DNA of 64,000 bases. It comes from Rhynchobatus australiae. Its lineage: Eukaryota. The position numbers and the translations under genes were made by a program. This document shows positions 1 to 11,495 of the stretch, piece by piece; the stretch's first letter is position 1, and each line of letters starts with the position of its first letter. Location: positions 82,402,320 to 82,466,319 of the forward strand of contig JAUZTB010000135.1 in assembly GCA_034780895.1 (NCBI GenBank), in the 5' to 3' direction. The notes beneath the pieces were generated by a model. It had not been told where the DNA came from. It saw nothing but the letters and a program-made list of their open reading frames with translations, and made no database searches.

Positions 1-479
1 GTTGAAATTCCTATTTTTGTATGGAGCAAATTGGTGAAAATTATTTTGTACGCTATTTTAAATATTTTATTGAAATAATTCAGATAAAAACTTGACATCT
101 TGGCCTAGCAATTTGAGCATGCCAAAAAATGGCTGAGTAGAGGTCAAATGCCTGTTAGTGCTGTCCCAGGCAGCATGTAATCTTTGTGCTGCCTTCTCAT
201 TATCATCATTCAGCCGTGTAGCCAGCAATGCACATACTATTCATAGGCTGCACGCTTGGATGAGGGGGCCTGCTATTGGGTACTTTGGATCACAGTTAAA
301 GGCATCCAGTCTCTCTTAAAGGGGATGTGCATTATCACTGCAAGCAGGAGGGAGAGAGTACTTGAAAGTTTTAGTTCTGCCTCAGAGGGATAGGAAGAAG
401 GAAATCCATTCACTTAGAGATAGGAAGCCCCCAGGGATACCTCCAGCTGTAGTAGGCAGATATGGTGAGGCCATCGTCA

Positions 480-1160
480 CAAGAACACAAAAACACAACA
501 AAATAGGAGCAGGAGTAGGCTACTTGGTCCCTCGTCTGCCCCGCCATTCATTGTGGTTCTGGCCTCGACTCTTCCTTTGTGCCAGATCCCCACAGCCTTC
601 AATTCCCCAATCTTCCAAAAACTTACCTACCTCTACTTTAAATACTTCTAATGATCTAGCCTTCAGTTCCAGAGATTCATGACCCTCAACAAGTAGAAAT
701 TTATACATACCTCTGTTTTGTAGCGGTTAGCGTAATGCTATTACAATGCCAGAGACCCTGGTTCAATTCCGGCCGCTGTCTGTGAGGAGTTTGTACGTTC
801 TCCCTGTGTCTATGTGGGTTTCCTCCAGGTGCTCTGGTTTCCTCCCACCTTCCAAAGACATATGGGTTAGGAGTTGTGGGCATGTTATGTTGGTGCCGGA
901 AGCGTGATGACACTTGTGGGCTGCCACCTGAACACCCTACACAAAAGAAGCATTTCACTGTGCGTTTCATTGTACATGTGACTAATAAAGATATCTTATC
1001 TTATCCTTTTTCTTGAAATTATATGCCTCATTCAAGACTCTCCAGTGGTAACATCTATCCTGTCATGCTCCTCAGGATTCTATATTTTTCAATAAGATCA
1101 CTCCTCATTCTGCTAAACTCCCAAGAATATAGGCCCAAAGTGTTTAGTCTTTGTAAGAGA
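480..1160 (-). mobile_element. CR1/HER1-like LINE 3' end, interrupted by a V-SINE
   Basis: Reverse complement of the CR1 3' UTR and tail (aaataggagcaggagtaggc...). After the SINE the ORF2 end resumes (aataagatcactcctcattctgctaaactcc). Confidence 0.75.
719..1005 (+). mobile_element. tRNA-derived V-SINE (HE1/DANA superfamily) with Rex1-like tail
   Basis: A-box-like tagcggttagcg, B-box ggttcaattcc, V-domain gtttgtacgttctccc..gtgggtttcctcc..gtgctctggtttcctccca, and tail catttcactgtg..gtacatgtgactaataaa followed by (atctt)n. Confidence 0.85.
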
Positions 1161-1564
1161 CAACACAAATGTTAGGAGGTTAGCTCCCAAGTTGTATTCA
1201 ATCACAGAAGTGCAATGATCTCACTTTGCCTACTGTAGAAATCTCTCGTTTGAATTATCCTCCAGTAATTTAGGAAAATTGCCAATATTTCTGAACTTTC
1301 AGTGGGATCTCGGGCTGCATCACTCTTGTCTTTTGCTTTTTTTTGTCTCACAGACAGAAGCGATTCCAGTGCAGTGAGCGGTTGCCTATGATTACCTGCT
1401 GAGCAGCATAACAGATGCAAACTGTGGGAAACAGTAGGAGAGCAACTCTCCCACCTACACCTCCTAAGGATTTGGAAGTACAGGAAGCTTTGGCTTAAAG
1501 AGTCCCTGATGCACAAGTTCCTTAGTGGGCTTACAAGATATGTCAAAATAACAAAGTTACTGGA

Positions 1565-1690
1565 AGTTCTGAAGAAAGATCATCAACCTGTGACACTAAC
1601 TGTTTCTCTCTTCACAGATACTACCTGGACTACTGAATACTTCCAGTATTCTCTGTGTTTTTCACACATTTCTAGAATCTACATTACTTT
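1565..1690 (+). mobile_element. Penelope-type repeat fragment with degenerate hammerhead core
   Basis: agtt-CTGAAGA-aagatcatcaacct-gtga-cact-aact, followed by the family body tctcttcacagatactacctggactactga..ttccagtatt. Confidence 0.55.
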
Positions 1691-1840
1691 GCTACGGGAT
1701 ACCACTATTATTTCCCACCATCATTGCACAATGCCCTGACAGTATTCCCACTTCCTGATAAACTTCACTACACCACTTTTCCCCTTGTATTCACACACTC
1801 AAAGTTTCTGCAACCCTCACTTATGCACAACTCACATCTA

Positions 1841-2550
1841 AAGCTGGCCTTCATCAGTCAGGGCATTGAGTATAGAAGCTGGGATGTTATGCTGCAGTTG
1901 TACAAGGCATTGGTGAGGTCACAGTTGGAATATTCTGTTCAGTTTTGGTCACCCTGCTAAAGCTGGTAAGAGTGAAGAAGAGAATTACGAGGATGTTGCC
2001 AGGACTCGAGGGACCGAGTGATGGAGAGACATTGAGCAGGTTGGGACTTAATTCATTGGAGCATAGTNNNNNNNNNNNNNNNNNNNNNNNNNNNNNNNNN
2101 NNNNNNNNNNNNNNNNNNNNNNNNNNNNNNNNNNNNNNNNNNNNNNNNNNNNNNNNNNNNNNNNNNNAATTCATTGGAGCAGAGTAGAATGAAGGGTGAT
2201 CATATAAAATTGTATAAAATCATGACGGGCACATATAGTCTTTTTTCCCAGGGTTTGGGAATCAAGAACCAGTGGGCATAGGTTTAGGGTGAGAGGGAAG
2301 AGATTTAATAGAACCTGAGGGGCAACTTTTTCACCCAGAGTGTGGTCAGTACATGGAATGGGCTAAACTTGTTGAGGCAGGTACACTAACAACATTGAAA
2401 AGGAACTTGGACAGGTACATGGGTAGGAAAGGTTTAGAGGGAATATGGGCCAAACATGGACAAATGGGATGAGCTTAGTTGGGAATCTTGGTCAACATGG
2501 ACCATTTAGGCAAAGGGCCTATTTCCATGCTGTATGAGTCCATAATTCTA
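1841..2550 (+). mobile_element. CR1/HER1-like LINE ORF2 C-terminus and 3' UTR
   Basis: LAFISQGIEYRSWDVMLQLYKALVRSQLEYSVQFWSP and ITRMLPGLEG..ETLSRLGL. Ends in gggcctatttccatgctgtatgag. Confidence 0.9.
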
Positions 2551-2806
2551 CAACACACTGAATATCAACTAGTCCACCATAAAGGATACTTTCTCCAAAC
2601 AATGCATTTATTAGGGGAAGGTCATCCACAACCCCAAGCAATAAATGGCCACAGGAGGAAGTAGACAGGACCAGAGTCGTAGACATGATGAAAGGCGAAG
2701 CTAGAGGAGATGATGCACAGAGCTTATTCTTTAATTTTTTTTTTCTTCTGTTTCTATATCACACTTCAGTAAATGTGTTTCTTGTTCTGAACTTGGTGTT
2801 AATGAT

Positions 2807-3263
2807 TGTACTTATAGTGAAGTAAGATTAAGGCCCAAAGACTGGACACCTGTTGTGAGTAAGTGGGGCTCCAATGTGTAACTGGACGTTTGCTACACTG
2901 GACTTAAGAGGAATGGTTTACATGGATTGCTCTATAATGAGCTGCTAGCTGAGTGTGTTGCCCATGATGGACACAAGTGGCCGATATCTCATCGGCTCTT
3001 TGTCCTCTTCATGCTCATCCTCCTGCTGTACTTAGTCCTTGTGTTGCGTCTCTACGCACGAGCATGCTGCTATCTGTATTACTGTCCATGTGTCCATCCA
3101 GACTAGCCTGGAGTCATGTGGTGCATCTAATTCCCTATGACATCGCAGGTACTAGATACAGACTTTGCACCAACAGCTTAGTTTGAGTATTCTGTCTTGT
3201 AAATAAACTATTACCGCTTTGGATATAAGTAGTGTTCCTTAATGCTGTTGAGAAGATAGTACA
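2807..3263 (+). mobile_element. Possible solo LTR
   Basis: TGTACT...AGTACA termini and AATAAA at 3202-3207 near the 3' end. No TSD found. Confidence 0.35.
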
Positions 3264-3354
3264 CTTCTCAAGGTGCCCTCAACTTCATCAGGTACTTGAG
3301 ATCCTTACTCAATGGGCAACACAAAATTCCTTGGAGACAGTGAATGAAAAATAA

Positions 3355-3560
3355 TTGCAGATGCTGGAAATCTGAAAAAAAGACAGAAAATGCTGGAAAA
3401 TCCTACCAGGTCAGGTAGTGTCTGTGGAAAGAGAAATGGTTAACACTTCAGGTCCGAGATCCTTCATCAGTACTGAGGAATGACTGGTCTGTGATCTGAA
3501 ATGTTAACCATTTCTCTTTCCACAGACACTGCCTGGCCTGCTGAGATTTTCCAGTATTTT
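3355..3560. mobile_element. Palindromic Penelope-derived element with hammerhead-like cores on both strands
   Basis: Inverted arms centred on tcagtactga (3467-3476). The 26-bp gtctgtggaaagagaaatggttaaca is perfectly inverted. Confidence 0.75.
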
Positions 3561-5054
3561 CCATATATATTGCACAGGGAGAATCCAGGAAGAAAGAGGT
3601 GCCACATTTATGATGACCGACACCATCAGGATTCACTTAAGACCTGCAATTTGACTGTCAGATTCAAAGTTCCAGTGCCACTTTCACAGAAGGGGGCAGC
3701 ACAGAAGGCCATTCATCCCATCGAGTCAATGGGCCTTTGTGGGACCAATGGGCAGTAAGGAATCTCTGACACCCGAAAATCAAAATAGTCCCTGCTGTAT
3801 TTATATTAGGAACTGAAATCTTAATGCATACAAACTGTCAATTTTTTAAAAAATATAGCAAGTATTTTTAAGTGTCTTTAGTGAGGAAAAGTCCTGTGGT
3901 AAATAATATTAAGAGCTACATGGAGCCAGGAAAGATGGTGAAATGAAACCCAGCCACATTACAGAGCCAATGAGTGAGAAAAGCAGCATCTCTTGGGCCA
4001 ATCCCCTGTACCATGGCTGACAAAGTGGAACTTGTGTCTTGTAAAGTGTAGGCGAGGAAGTTTCCAGTTCTCTGGGGCTCCCTATTACCCTTCCTGTGGG
4101 TGCTTAGTGGAGCATGGCTGGAATGATCAGTTAATGTGAGTAGAGCCTAGTGATATTCTCACTTAGTGGAACATTTTTGTGTGCTGAGCAAAGGAATGTA
4201 CTCAAAAATCTCATCACTAAACACAACCAGTGCTAACAATGAGATTCAGTTAGGTTGCACTGAGTCTTCCAAGTGGATGTCCTGTCTGGACATGTGCAGT
4301 GAAATCGTGCAACGCAATGTATGTTTTGACATCACCTGTGCAAGATCTATTTACACATGTGGGCCATTCAAACAGAAGGAGGCCTTCACTCGGCAAGTGA
4401 GACCTGTATCTGTAATATTTAAAGGGACCAATCTGACCTAATCTGCAGTCACTAGGACATGGATCTNNNNNNNNNNNNNNNNNNNNNNNNNNNNNNNNNN
4501 NNNNNNNNNNNNNNNNNNNNNNNNNNNNNNNNNNNNNNNNNNNNNNNNNNNNNNNNNNNNNNNNNNTCAGGTAGATACATTTTAAGACTATTACTTCCTG
4601 CTAGGTCCCAACCACCCATCTCTACTGTGGACATCCTTCAGCCCTATCAGCAGTCTGAGCACATCGACAGCATCAAACCCCAGCCAACCGCTTCCCTGAA
4701 TGCTCTAAGGTCACAATCTTCCTCCAATCAAATTTCCAGTCCTCCCTACACCACTTCAAACTTCTCTCAACTGCATCCAACTTACAACCCATGACCTAGG
4801 ATGCTTGATCAGTGGCTTACCTATATTCCACTGTAGTTCAGCAATGGTGGAGATAGTGAAGGAAGGGTATCTGTACGTATTTAGAGATGTGAGGTTGACT
4901 CTATTGCACAAAACTACTTAGGCCTCATGTATAACAGAATATGCATTGTACTCATTGTCTCCTCCCTGCCCCTACGCATGGTATGTTTAATACACCTCTT
5001 CAGGGCACGGAAAATTGTCTTTGTCTTTGCGTGTAGAGCACCACAATCCTGTTG

Positions 5055-5222
5055 CAACACACAAAGGAGCTGGAGGAAGTCAGCGGGTCAGGCAGCACCT
5101 ATGGAGGGAAATGGACAGTCGACATTTTAGGTCAAGGCCCTTCATCAGGACTGGGCGGGTTGTGTGTTGCTCCAGATTTGTGTGTTGCTCCAGATTTCCG
5201 GTAGTTGCAGTCTCTTGTGTCA
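5055..5222 (-). mobile_element. Penelope-derived element
   Basis: gctggaggaagtcagcgggtcaggcagc..cttcatcaggactg, then an inverted partial arm with an 18-bp tandem duplication at 5160-5195. Confidence 0.75.
5116..5153 (-). ncRNA. Minimal type I hammerhead ribozyme motif (CpG-decayed, probably inactive)
   Basis: Minus strand reads cagtc-CTGATGA-agggccttgacct-AAAA-t-GTC-gactg. Stem I cagtc/gactg and the GUC site are intact. GAAA has become AAAA. Confidence 0.65.
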
Positions 5223-5319
5223 CCACAATCCTGCCTTTTCTCTGACACCTCCAAATAAATGACTCCATGCCTGCATTTGCAGGTAAGAGGGTGAACACAG
5301 TTATTTTTTTTAATTGCAT

Positions 5320-5572
5320 TTAAAAGGGACCTGAGGGGCAACTTTTTCACCCAGATGGTGGTGGGTATATGGAATGAGCTGCCTGAGGGAGCTGTCGAGG
5401 CAGGGATAATTTTGACACTTAAAGGACATTTGAACCAGTACATGGGTAGGGAAGATTTAGAGGGATGTGGGCCAAGCACAGGAAAATTGGACAAGCTCAG
5501 ATGGGCAACTTGGCCAGCATGGATGAGTTCAGACAAAGAGCCTGTTTCTGTGCTGTATAACTCTATGACTCT
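5320..5572 (+). mobile_element. CR1/HER1-like 3' end
   Basis: VVGIWNELPEGAVEAG..LK.HL..YM, with tail ctgtataactctatgactct. Confidence 0.9.
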
Positions 5573-5594
5573 GCATGAAGAATGTGGGGGCAAG

Positions 5595-5760
5595 AGATAG
5601 AGAGTGCAGAAGAGATTCACCTGGATGTTGCCAAGAATGGAGTTTGTAGTTATAAGGAGAATTTGGATAGGCTGGGTTTATTTTCAATGGAACATAAGAA
5701 GCTTATGGGTGAGGTTTACAAAATTATGATGGACATAGATAGGATAGATAATCAGAATCT
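5595..5760 (+). mobile_element. CR1 ORF2 fragment
   Basis: SYKENLDRLGLFSME..L.GEVYKIM.DIDRID. Confidence 0.85.
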
Positions 5761-6934
5761 GGACCTGCAGTCTGACTGAGGCATTACACAGTTTAATGTA
5801 ACAAGCTTTCTCGCAATATTCCAGCTGAAATGTCGACGCTTGGTTCTCTCTTCACAGGTGCTGCCTGACCTGTTGAGGATTTGCTGCATTTTCTATTTTT
5901 ATTTTCAGACATAAACTCAACTGACTGGATAAATATTTAAGCCTTTGGGAAATGTACTTAAGCCTTTGAACTGCTTTGCCTATTGTTGCCCTGCCTTGAC
6001 CTACTAAATCTGCCATCTATCTCCAGACTCCTTTCTCCTTTTAACCAATCTCTAAGTCCTCCAATGGTACACTTACGTCACCCAGCATTCCCAACAATAT
6101 AAACGTTGCCGCAATATCTACTGAATTTCATCTGCTACTAATTTTTTTTTCAATTGTAGTCTTTGTGAGTTTCTAACTGCTTCATCCATCCTGACTCCCT
6201 AAAAGACCTGTACCTTTCTCCCATCTACTTCATTAATTCAGATTAGAAATAATCAGAGTCCTTGTGTCTATCCCTGTTTTACCTTTTATTCCCCAGTTGT
6301 GACAATTCATTGCTTTCCATGCATGTTGTATCCCAGATGGTACAGATGGTACTGGCTGGCAAACATTGCACTGCAGCTGGATATGATGTGCATTTTCAAG
6401 TGATTTATGGAAGGCCACAGGTAAGAATACTTTAACTTCTTGTTCCTCCAAGTCCTGCTTTGACCACTATGGCCCACATCAAAACGTCACATCAGAGGAA
6501 GCGAATCCTTCTGATCAGGCACCACTTTGATCCCAATACTTGTAAATGTCAGCACAGAGAATGACACCCCTGCTGTATTATACAGTGAGTTAAAGGGATC
6601 TGCATATGGCAAAGTCCCAAGCATTATTGGGCAAAGAAGGCATTGGCAACAGAGACAAACTAGGATCAGATCACCATACGATGTGATATGTAATTGATGC
6701 TGGGGAGAAATTTCCTGGAAAATCTGGAATTTAACTCAGGAATTCTACTGTGGAAGATTTCCCACAGAGCCAAGAGCATCAACAGCAGCAAAGTGAGTGG
6801 AAATGACAAACAGAAAGGAGCAGCAAGTGAAGTGGTGAATGAAACACAGAGACCTTATTGTGGGTAAATCATTTCCGATGGTGAGCAGGTAAGGATTGGG
6901 GAATGGAAATCTGGGACCAGACTGCTTCCTGGGA

Positions 6935-7355
6935 TATGCAGAAGAGAGGTCACACAAACTAGGGCCATACTCTCTTGAGTTTAGAAGAATGAGATGTAAT
7001 CTCTTTGGAGCATACATACATGTGTATGGGGCTTGACAGGGTAGATGGAGGGATACTGTTCCCCCTGTTATCTAGAACAGTTTCAAGATAACAGCCTGGC
7101 CATTCAGGACTGAGATGAGGAGAAATTTATTCACCCAGGAGGTAGTGAGTCCTTGGAATTTTCTGTGGAGGCTCAGTCTCTAAGTATCTTTGAGAAAGAG
7201 ATAAATATATTTCTAGATCTTAAGGGAATCAAGGGATCTGAGGTTCGTGCAGAGAATTGCCATTGAATTAAAAAATTGGCCATGCTCTCACTGAATGGCA
7301 GAGCTGTCAAAAAGAGCCAAATAACCTAATCCTCCTGCTTCTTCTTATCTTATGA
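6935..7355 (+). mobile_element. CR1 3' fragment
   Basis: ctagggccatactctcttgagtttagaagaatgaga..gagatgaggagaaatttattcacccag..gaatggcagagc. Confidence 0.8.
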
Positions 7356-7659
7356 GGGAGGAGGGACGGATAAAGCTCTGAGCTGTAGTGTTTAAGTAGC
7401 ATAGTCTTTCCATATGTGGCTATTGGAGAGGTATTGGGTCAGATTACCAAAACTTGACTGATGACACTTAAGGAATACTTCAAAGGGAGAAAAAGAAATA
7501 AAAGATGCGAAGGAATTTAGGGATGGAATTTCAAAGTTTTGGACCTCAGCAACTGGAAGTACAGTAGTCAGTTTTGGAATAAATAAAATTGGCAAACGCA
7601 AGTAGATACTGTAGATCTGTAGGCATGCAAATAAGCAAGAGGATTGTAGGACTGGCTTT

Positions 7660-7915
7660 AGTCATTGTCTTTCCAGGATCTGGGCATCACTTGCAAGGCA
7701 AGTGTTTATTGTCCATTCCAAATTGTCCTTCAGAAGGTGATAGTGAGCTGCCTTCTTGAACTGCTATAGTCCTACCGATGAAGGTCCTCCCACGGTGCTG
7801 TTGGGGAGGGTGTTGCATGATTTAGATCCAGCAACAGTGAAGGAACACTGATGCATTTCCAAGAATGGATCATGTGAGATTTGGAGGAGGACCTGCAGGT
7901 GGTGGTGCTCCCATG
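7660..7915 (-). mobile_element. 3' end of a second CR1-group LINE family
   Basis: ggatctgggcatcacttgcaaggc..tttattgtccattcc..gtgagctgccttcttgaac. A similar tail is found on the SINEs at 17.2 and 56.3 kb. Confidence 0.65.
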
Positions 7916-8441
7916 AACCTAAAGGAGACTGCGCTGAGGAAAGGAGAGAGGAAATGGAAGAATTTGAAAACAAGGCTTGAAATCTTTTACCTGTATTTGC
8001 ATAATCAGGAGCCAATGAGTACAGAAGAGGTGAGTGAACAGGAGCCAATGCAAGCTAGGCTAAGGCAGTGGAGTTCAGAATGAGCTTGCGGTTTTAGAGG
8101 AAGTTGGAAGTTCAGCCATGTGTCCTTTAGCAAATTCAAAGCTCAGGGTAACAGAGCTAAGGTCAAGGTAGGAGAAGTATCAGGTGAGTGCACCTCAGGC
8201 CAAAAGCTTAGCTACGTGACAAAAACGACAACTAGATTGAAAGAAGTCTGCTTCATGCTCAAACAGTTGCCATGATGAGGGTGGAGTTGATGGCTGTGTA
8301 ATGAGGCTTAAGGCAAAGACTGAAGTCAGATCTCTGCAATACTTAATTGGTCAAAAGTTCTGCTTGTCCAGCTCTTGTTTTACAATAATAGCCTACCTGT
8401 TTAGAATAAAGTGCAATGTTCAAGAAAGGTGGTATGAAGCT

Positions 8442-8618
8442 AACACACAAACTGCTGGAGGAACTCAGCAGGTCAGGCAGCATCTATGGAGGGAAATGGA
8501 CAGCCGTCATGTTGGTTCGAGGCCATTCATCAGGACTTTGCATGACCTGCTGAGTTCCTCCAGCATTTTGTGTGTTGCTCCAGATTTCCAGCACCTGCAG
8601 TCTTCTCTTGTGTCTCCA
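8442..8618. mobile_element. Palindromic Penelope-derived element
   Basis: Inverted arms aacacacaaactgctggaggaactcagcaggtca / tgacctgctgagttcctccagcattttgtgtgtt flank a degenerate minus-strand CTGATGA core (8501-8537). Confidence 0.75.
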
Positions 8619-11480
8619 TGATATTGTCAAATTTGGATGCGATTGACATATATGTAGAAATTTACTCTGTTTTTTTTTCAAGGGCAACACACGGATGCAA
8701 AACAATAGGGTGGCAAAGATCTTGTTAGGTATCTGAGATAATGATGCAGGAATGGGAGGAGAGGCCACTGCAGCTGATTCTCTTGCTTGGATGATTGAGA
8801 ATGGAACCAGACGAGTGCAGTCCACCCTGGGGTAGGTTTTGGAGGAGGAAGGTATGATAGCTATGTCAGGGCCTGCAGACAGATGGTTTACCACTTGCGC
8901 ACTGCATATAGTGTCATTAGTTGCTTAGTGATAAATGCTTTGGAACTGTGGAAGAGCAGACACGTGATTGGAAGGATTAAAACATGGGCAGAAATTTTGG
9001 AAGTGGCAATATGTTTAAAGATCTTGGAGCGGAAAGGAAGATCCGAGATAGGGAACCAGTTTGTAAGAGTTACTTTCTGAGGAAAGAGATGACGAAGACA
9101 GATTTAAAGCAGAAACAGATACTGGGTAATAACCTGCTAACAATGCCAGCTAACATGAGAGACAAGAACTTATGTTTGTTGTCAGCAATTAATAGGATCA
9201 AGGTAGTAGGAGGTATGCCTTATGGATAAGCCCAACATGGAGAGGTGGCATAGGAGCACACCTAGAGATAGGATAGCAAAGGAAGTTTGGCATGTTTAGA
9301 CTAGGAGAAGAGACAGCCAAGAACTTAACTTATTCAATGTGGCTGCCAATGGCTTGTAGCATCTACATCGCAAAAAAATGATTACTTCAGTCTTAAGAAC
9401 AAATGTGGATAATGAGACATCTACATGATTGTGCGTATCACTACTAGCTACGTGTAGATTATGTGAGTAATTTAATGCCTTTGGCTCTGATGTGAATTTG
9501 AGTTTTATCAGTACTATTATTTGTTATTAATGCAAGGTCATTAAATTGCCATTGATAGTGGTGGAATAAAAGTTCCTCCTGCTCTGGTTTCCTCTCCATG
9601 AATCCCTCCTCAACTTCCGTTTTCCTTCTTTGTGCCTGCATGTTTGCTGCTTTCCTTGTTCTTGAACCTTGCTGCACTGTTGGTGATGGTACAAAACCGC
9701 TGGCAAAATTATTCAACTACTGAGAACCCAATAACTCCATGTAAATACTGTAACATTCATAGAATTCATGTGCTCAGATGCCATNNNNNNNNNNNNNNNN
9801 NNNNNNNNNNNNNNNNNNNNNNNNNNNCATGTGGTTACTCTCCTGAGCTGGTAACTCACAATCAAAACTGGAGCTTCTGGAACTCCCACTGTTTTCAGCT
9901 TCAGAAATAACCTTCATCTTAGACTTTTTGAAAAGTAAATATAATTCTGGATTTAAATTAACTACATTAATTGTAATCCACTGATAATAATATTTAGTTT
10001 GCACAACCAAATATCTTTCAACATATATGAAAAATGTTATTACCTGCACATTGCCCAAAATAGCAGTTATATCAGATCATAGCTCAATGTGTGTTTTTAT
10101 AATAGCCTTTACCAAATATCCAAACAATAGTGATTTTGAAAATATTTAAATTATTACTGGTGACCACATAAATACCGTAGGCTAAATGGTAAAACATACT
10201 CAGATTAATGAAGTCCTATTCATTTCATTGTAACAGCTGTCAATAGCTTACTAGAATTAGTAAGTTAATTTCTTTAACAGACAAAAGAAAGCTTTGGAAA
10301 ATGGCAGAAGCAATAAATGAGAATGGAAGCATTTTACATAATGTTGGAAAGCAGCAGTCTCGCTGACAGCAATCATTGGTGCCTGCTACCTTCCTCCTTG
10401 AGTGAATTCATGGATATTGTTGGGGGAGGGGTATTATTGTTGATTTACAATCAAGCTGTACCCTTAGACAGGGTTCAAAAATCTTGTAACATTACCATTT
10501 TGTGACAGAGGAGCAAAAGAAAGCATGAACTGTGAGGTAACGTTAAGCGTTCAACATGCAGAACAGTAGAATTTGGCACAATGCCAGGACACAATAAAAA
10601 CTGTTCAGCTAGTTATGGTTTTCTCACTGTAACAATTAAATAAACACCAGCATTTTGCCACCTACCCTAGGTTAGAATAATCCTAAAAGCATTCTGAATA
10701 CATTGGTGCAAATGCAATAAATTAAACCCCTGTTTCTTTGCACAAATCCATGAATCCTGCTCACCTGTCTGTGTAAAATTTTGGAAGCCTTTTCCTCCTT
10801 TATGTAGATGTTCTGTCTCATTTCACAACAGTGTTACCTTTTTTACCCCAACTGCTTTCATTTTGTTTATTTTCTTCCCATGCTTCTATCCTTTCTTGCT
10901 TATTTCGAAAAGAACATGCTTACCGTTGTTTCCTGCTTAATATCATAATTTTAGCCAACAAGTCTAGTACAAGATGAATTAATTATAAACATCAAACCTT
11001 ACATGGAGAAAGACAAACATACGAGAAATACCCTCGCTAAACTGAGTAAGGCTTACTATGCGCATGTTTAATTTGTGCTGTCTTTGTACACTATGCACTG
11101 GTTTATAGACATGCTTCAAAAATGAATGGGTGCCTTCTCTGTATGTTTAAAAAATGATCAATCTGGTTTATTCCAAGATGAAGAGGTTTTTGCATGTCGA
11201 AGATTTGTATATGTTAGCAGTTTAGGAATGCAGTGGTAATATATTTGAAATACAATACCTAACCATCCTAATCTTTGTGAGCGCAAGGCAGGGAATGCTT
11301 TGAAGTGTAAATTTGAAAACTAAGTGATGTTGGTTATTCTCAAAAAAACATGAAAGCTAATATATTAAGTAGAGATATATTACCATGACAGTTTGCAGTG
11401 GAAAGCTAGTATAACAAACAGGAATCTTTATTTACATATAATGTTGATTTCCTCCCTTATACAGGAAGAAATAGCTGTAT

Positions 11481-11495
11481 TGCCACTAGGTGGCT
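11481..11495 (+). promoter_or_regulatory. Candidate CTCF site
   Basis: tgCCACTAGGTGGCt matches the CTCF core CCACNAGGTGGC and lies in a TE-poor block. Confidence 0.55.

Larger units (their letters stand above)
340..1500 (+). mobile_element. Decayed PIF/Harbinger Myb/SANT-like gene, split by a CR1 insertion
   Basis: 362-480 reads LKVLVLPQRDRKKEIHSLRDRKPP..GRYGEAIV. It resumes at ~1168-1225 as NVRRLAPK..IQSQKCNDLT (Harbinger Myb-type R(T)W.QCRKKFNDLT). A later segment after a pyrimidine tract reads HNRCKLWETVGEQLSHLHLL (cf. HNRRE..RTGGG...LH.L). Confidence 0.5.
7360..9250 (-). mobile_element. Fragmented old L2-like LINE (pieces at ~7360-7600, 7920-8380, 8880-9250) with nested insertions
   Basis: Purine-rich reverse-strand L2-like motifs, e.g. 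cttaaggaatacttcaaaggg..tttagggatggaatttcaaag and ttggagcggaaaggaagatccgagataggg. Confidence 0.5.

Noticed and set aside
719-780. tRNA gene
   Set aside because: The A/B boxes belong to a SINE head, and there is no complete cloverleaf.
2049-2182. aattcattggagca repeated on both sides of a 100-N gap
   Set aside because: Contig overlap at a scaffold gap, so an assembly artefact.
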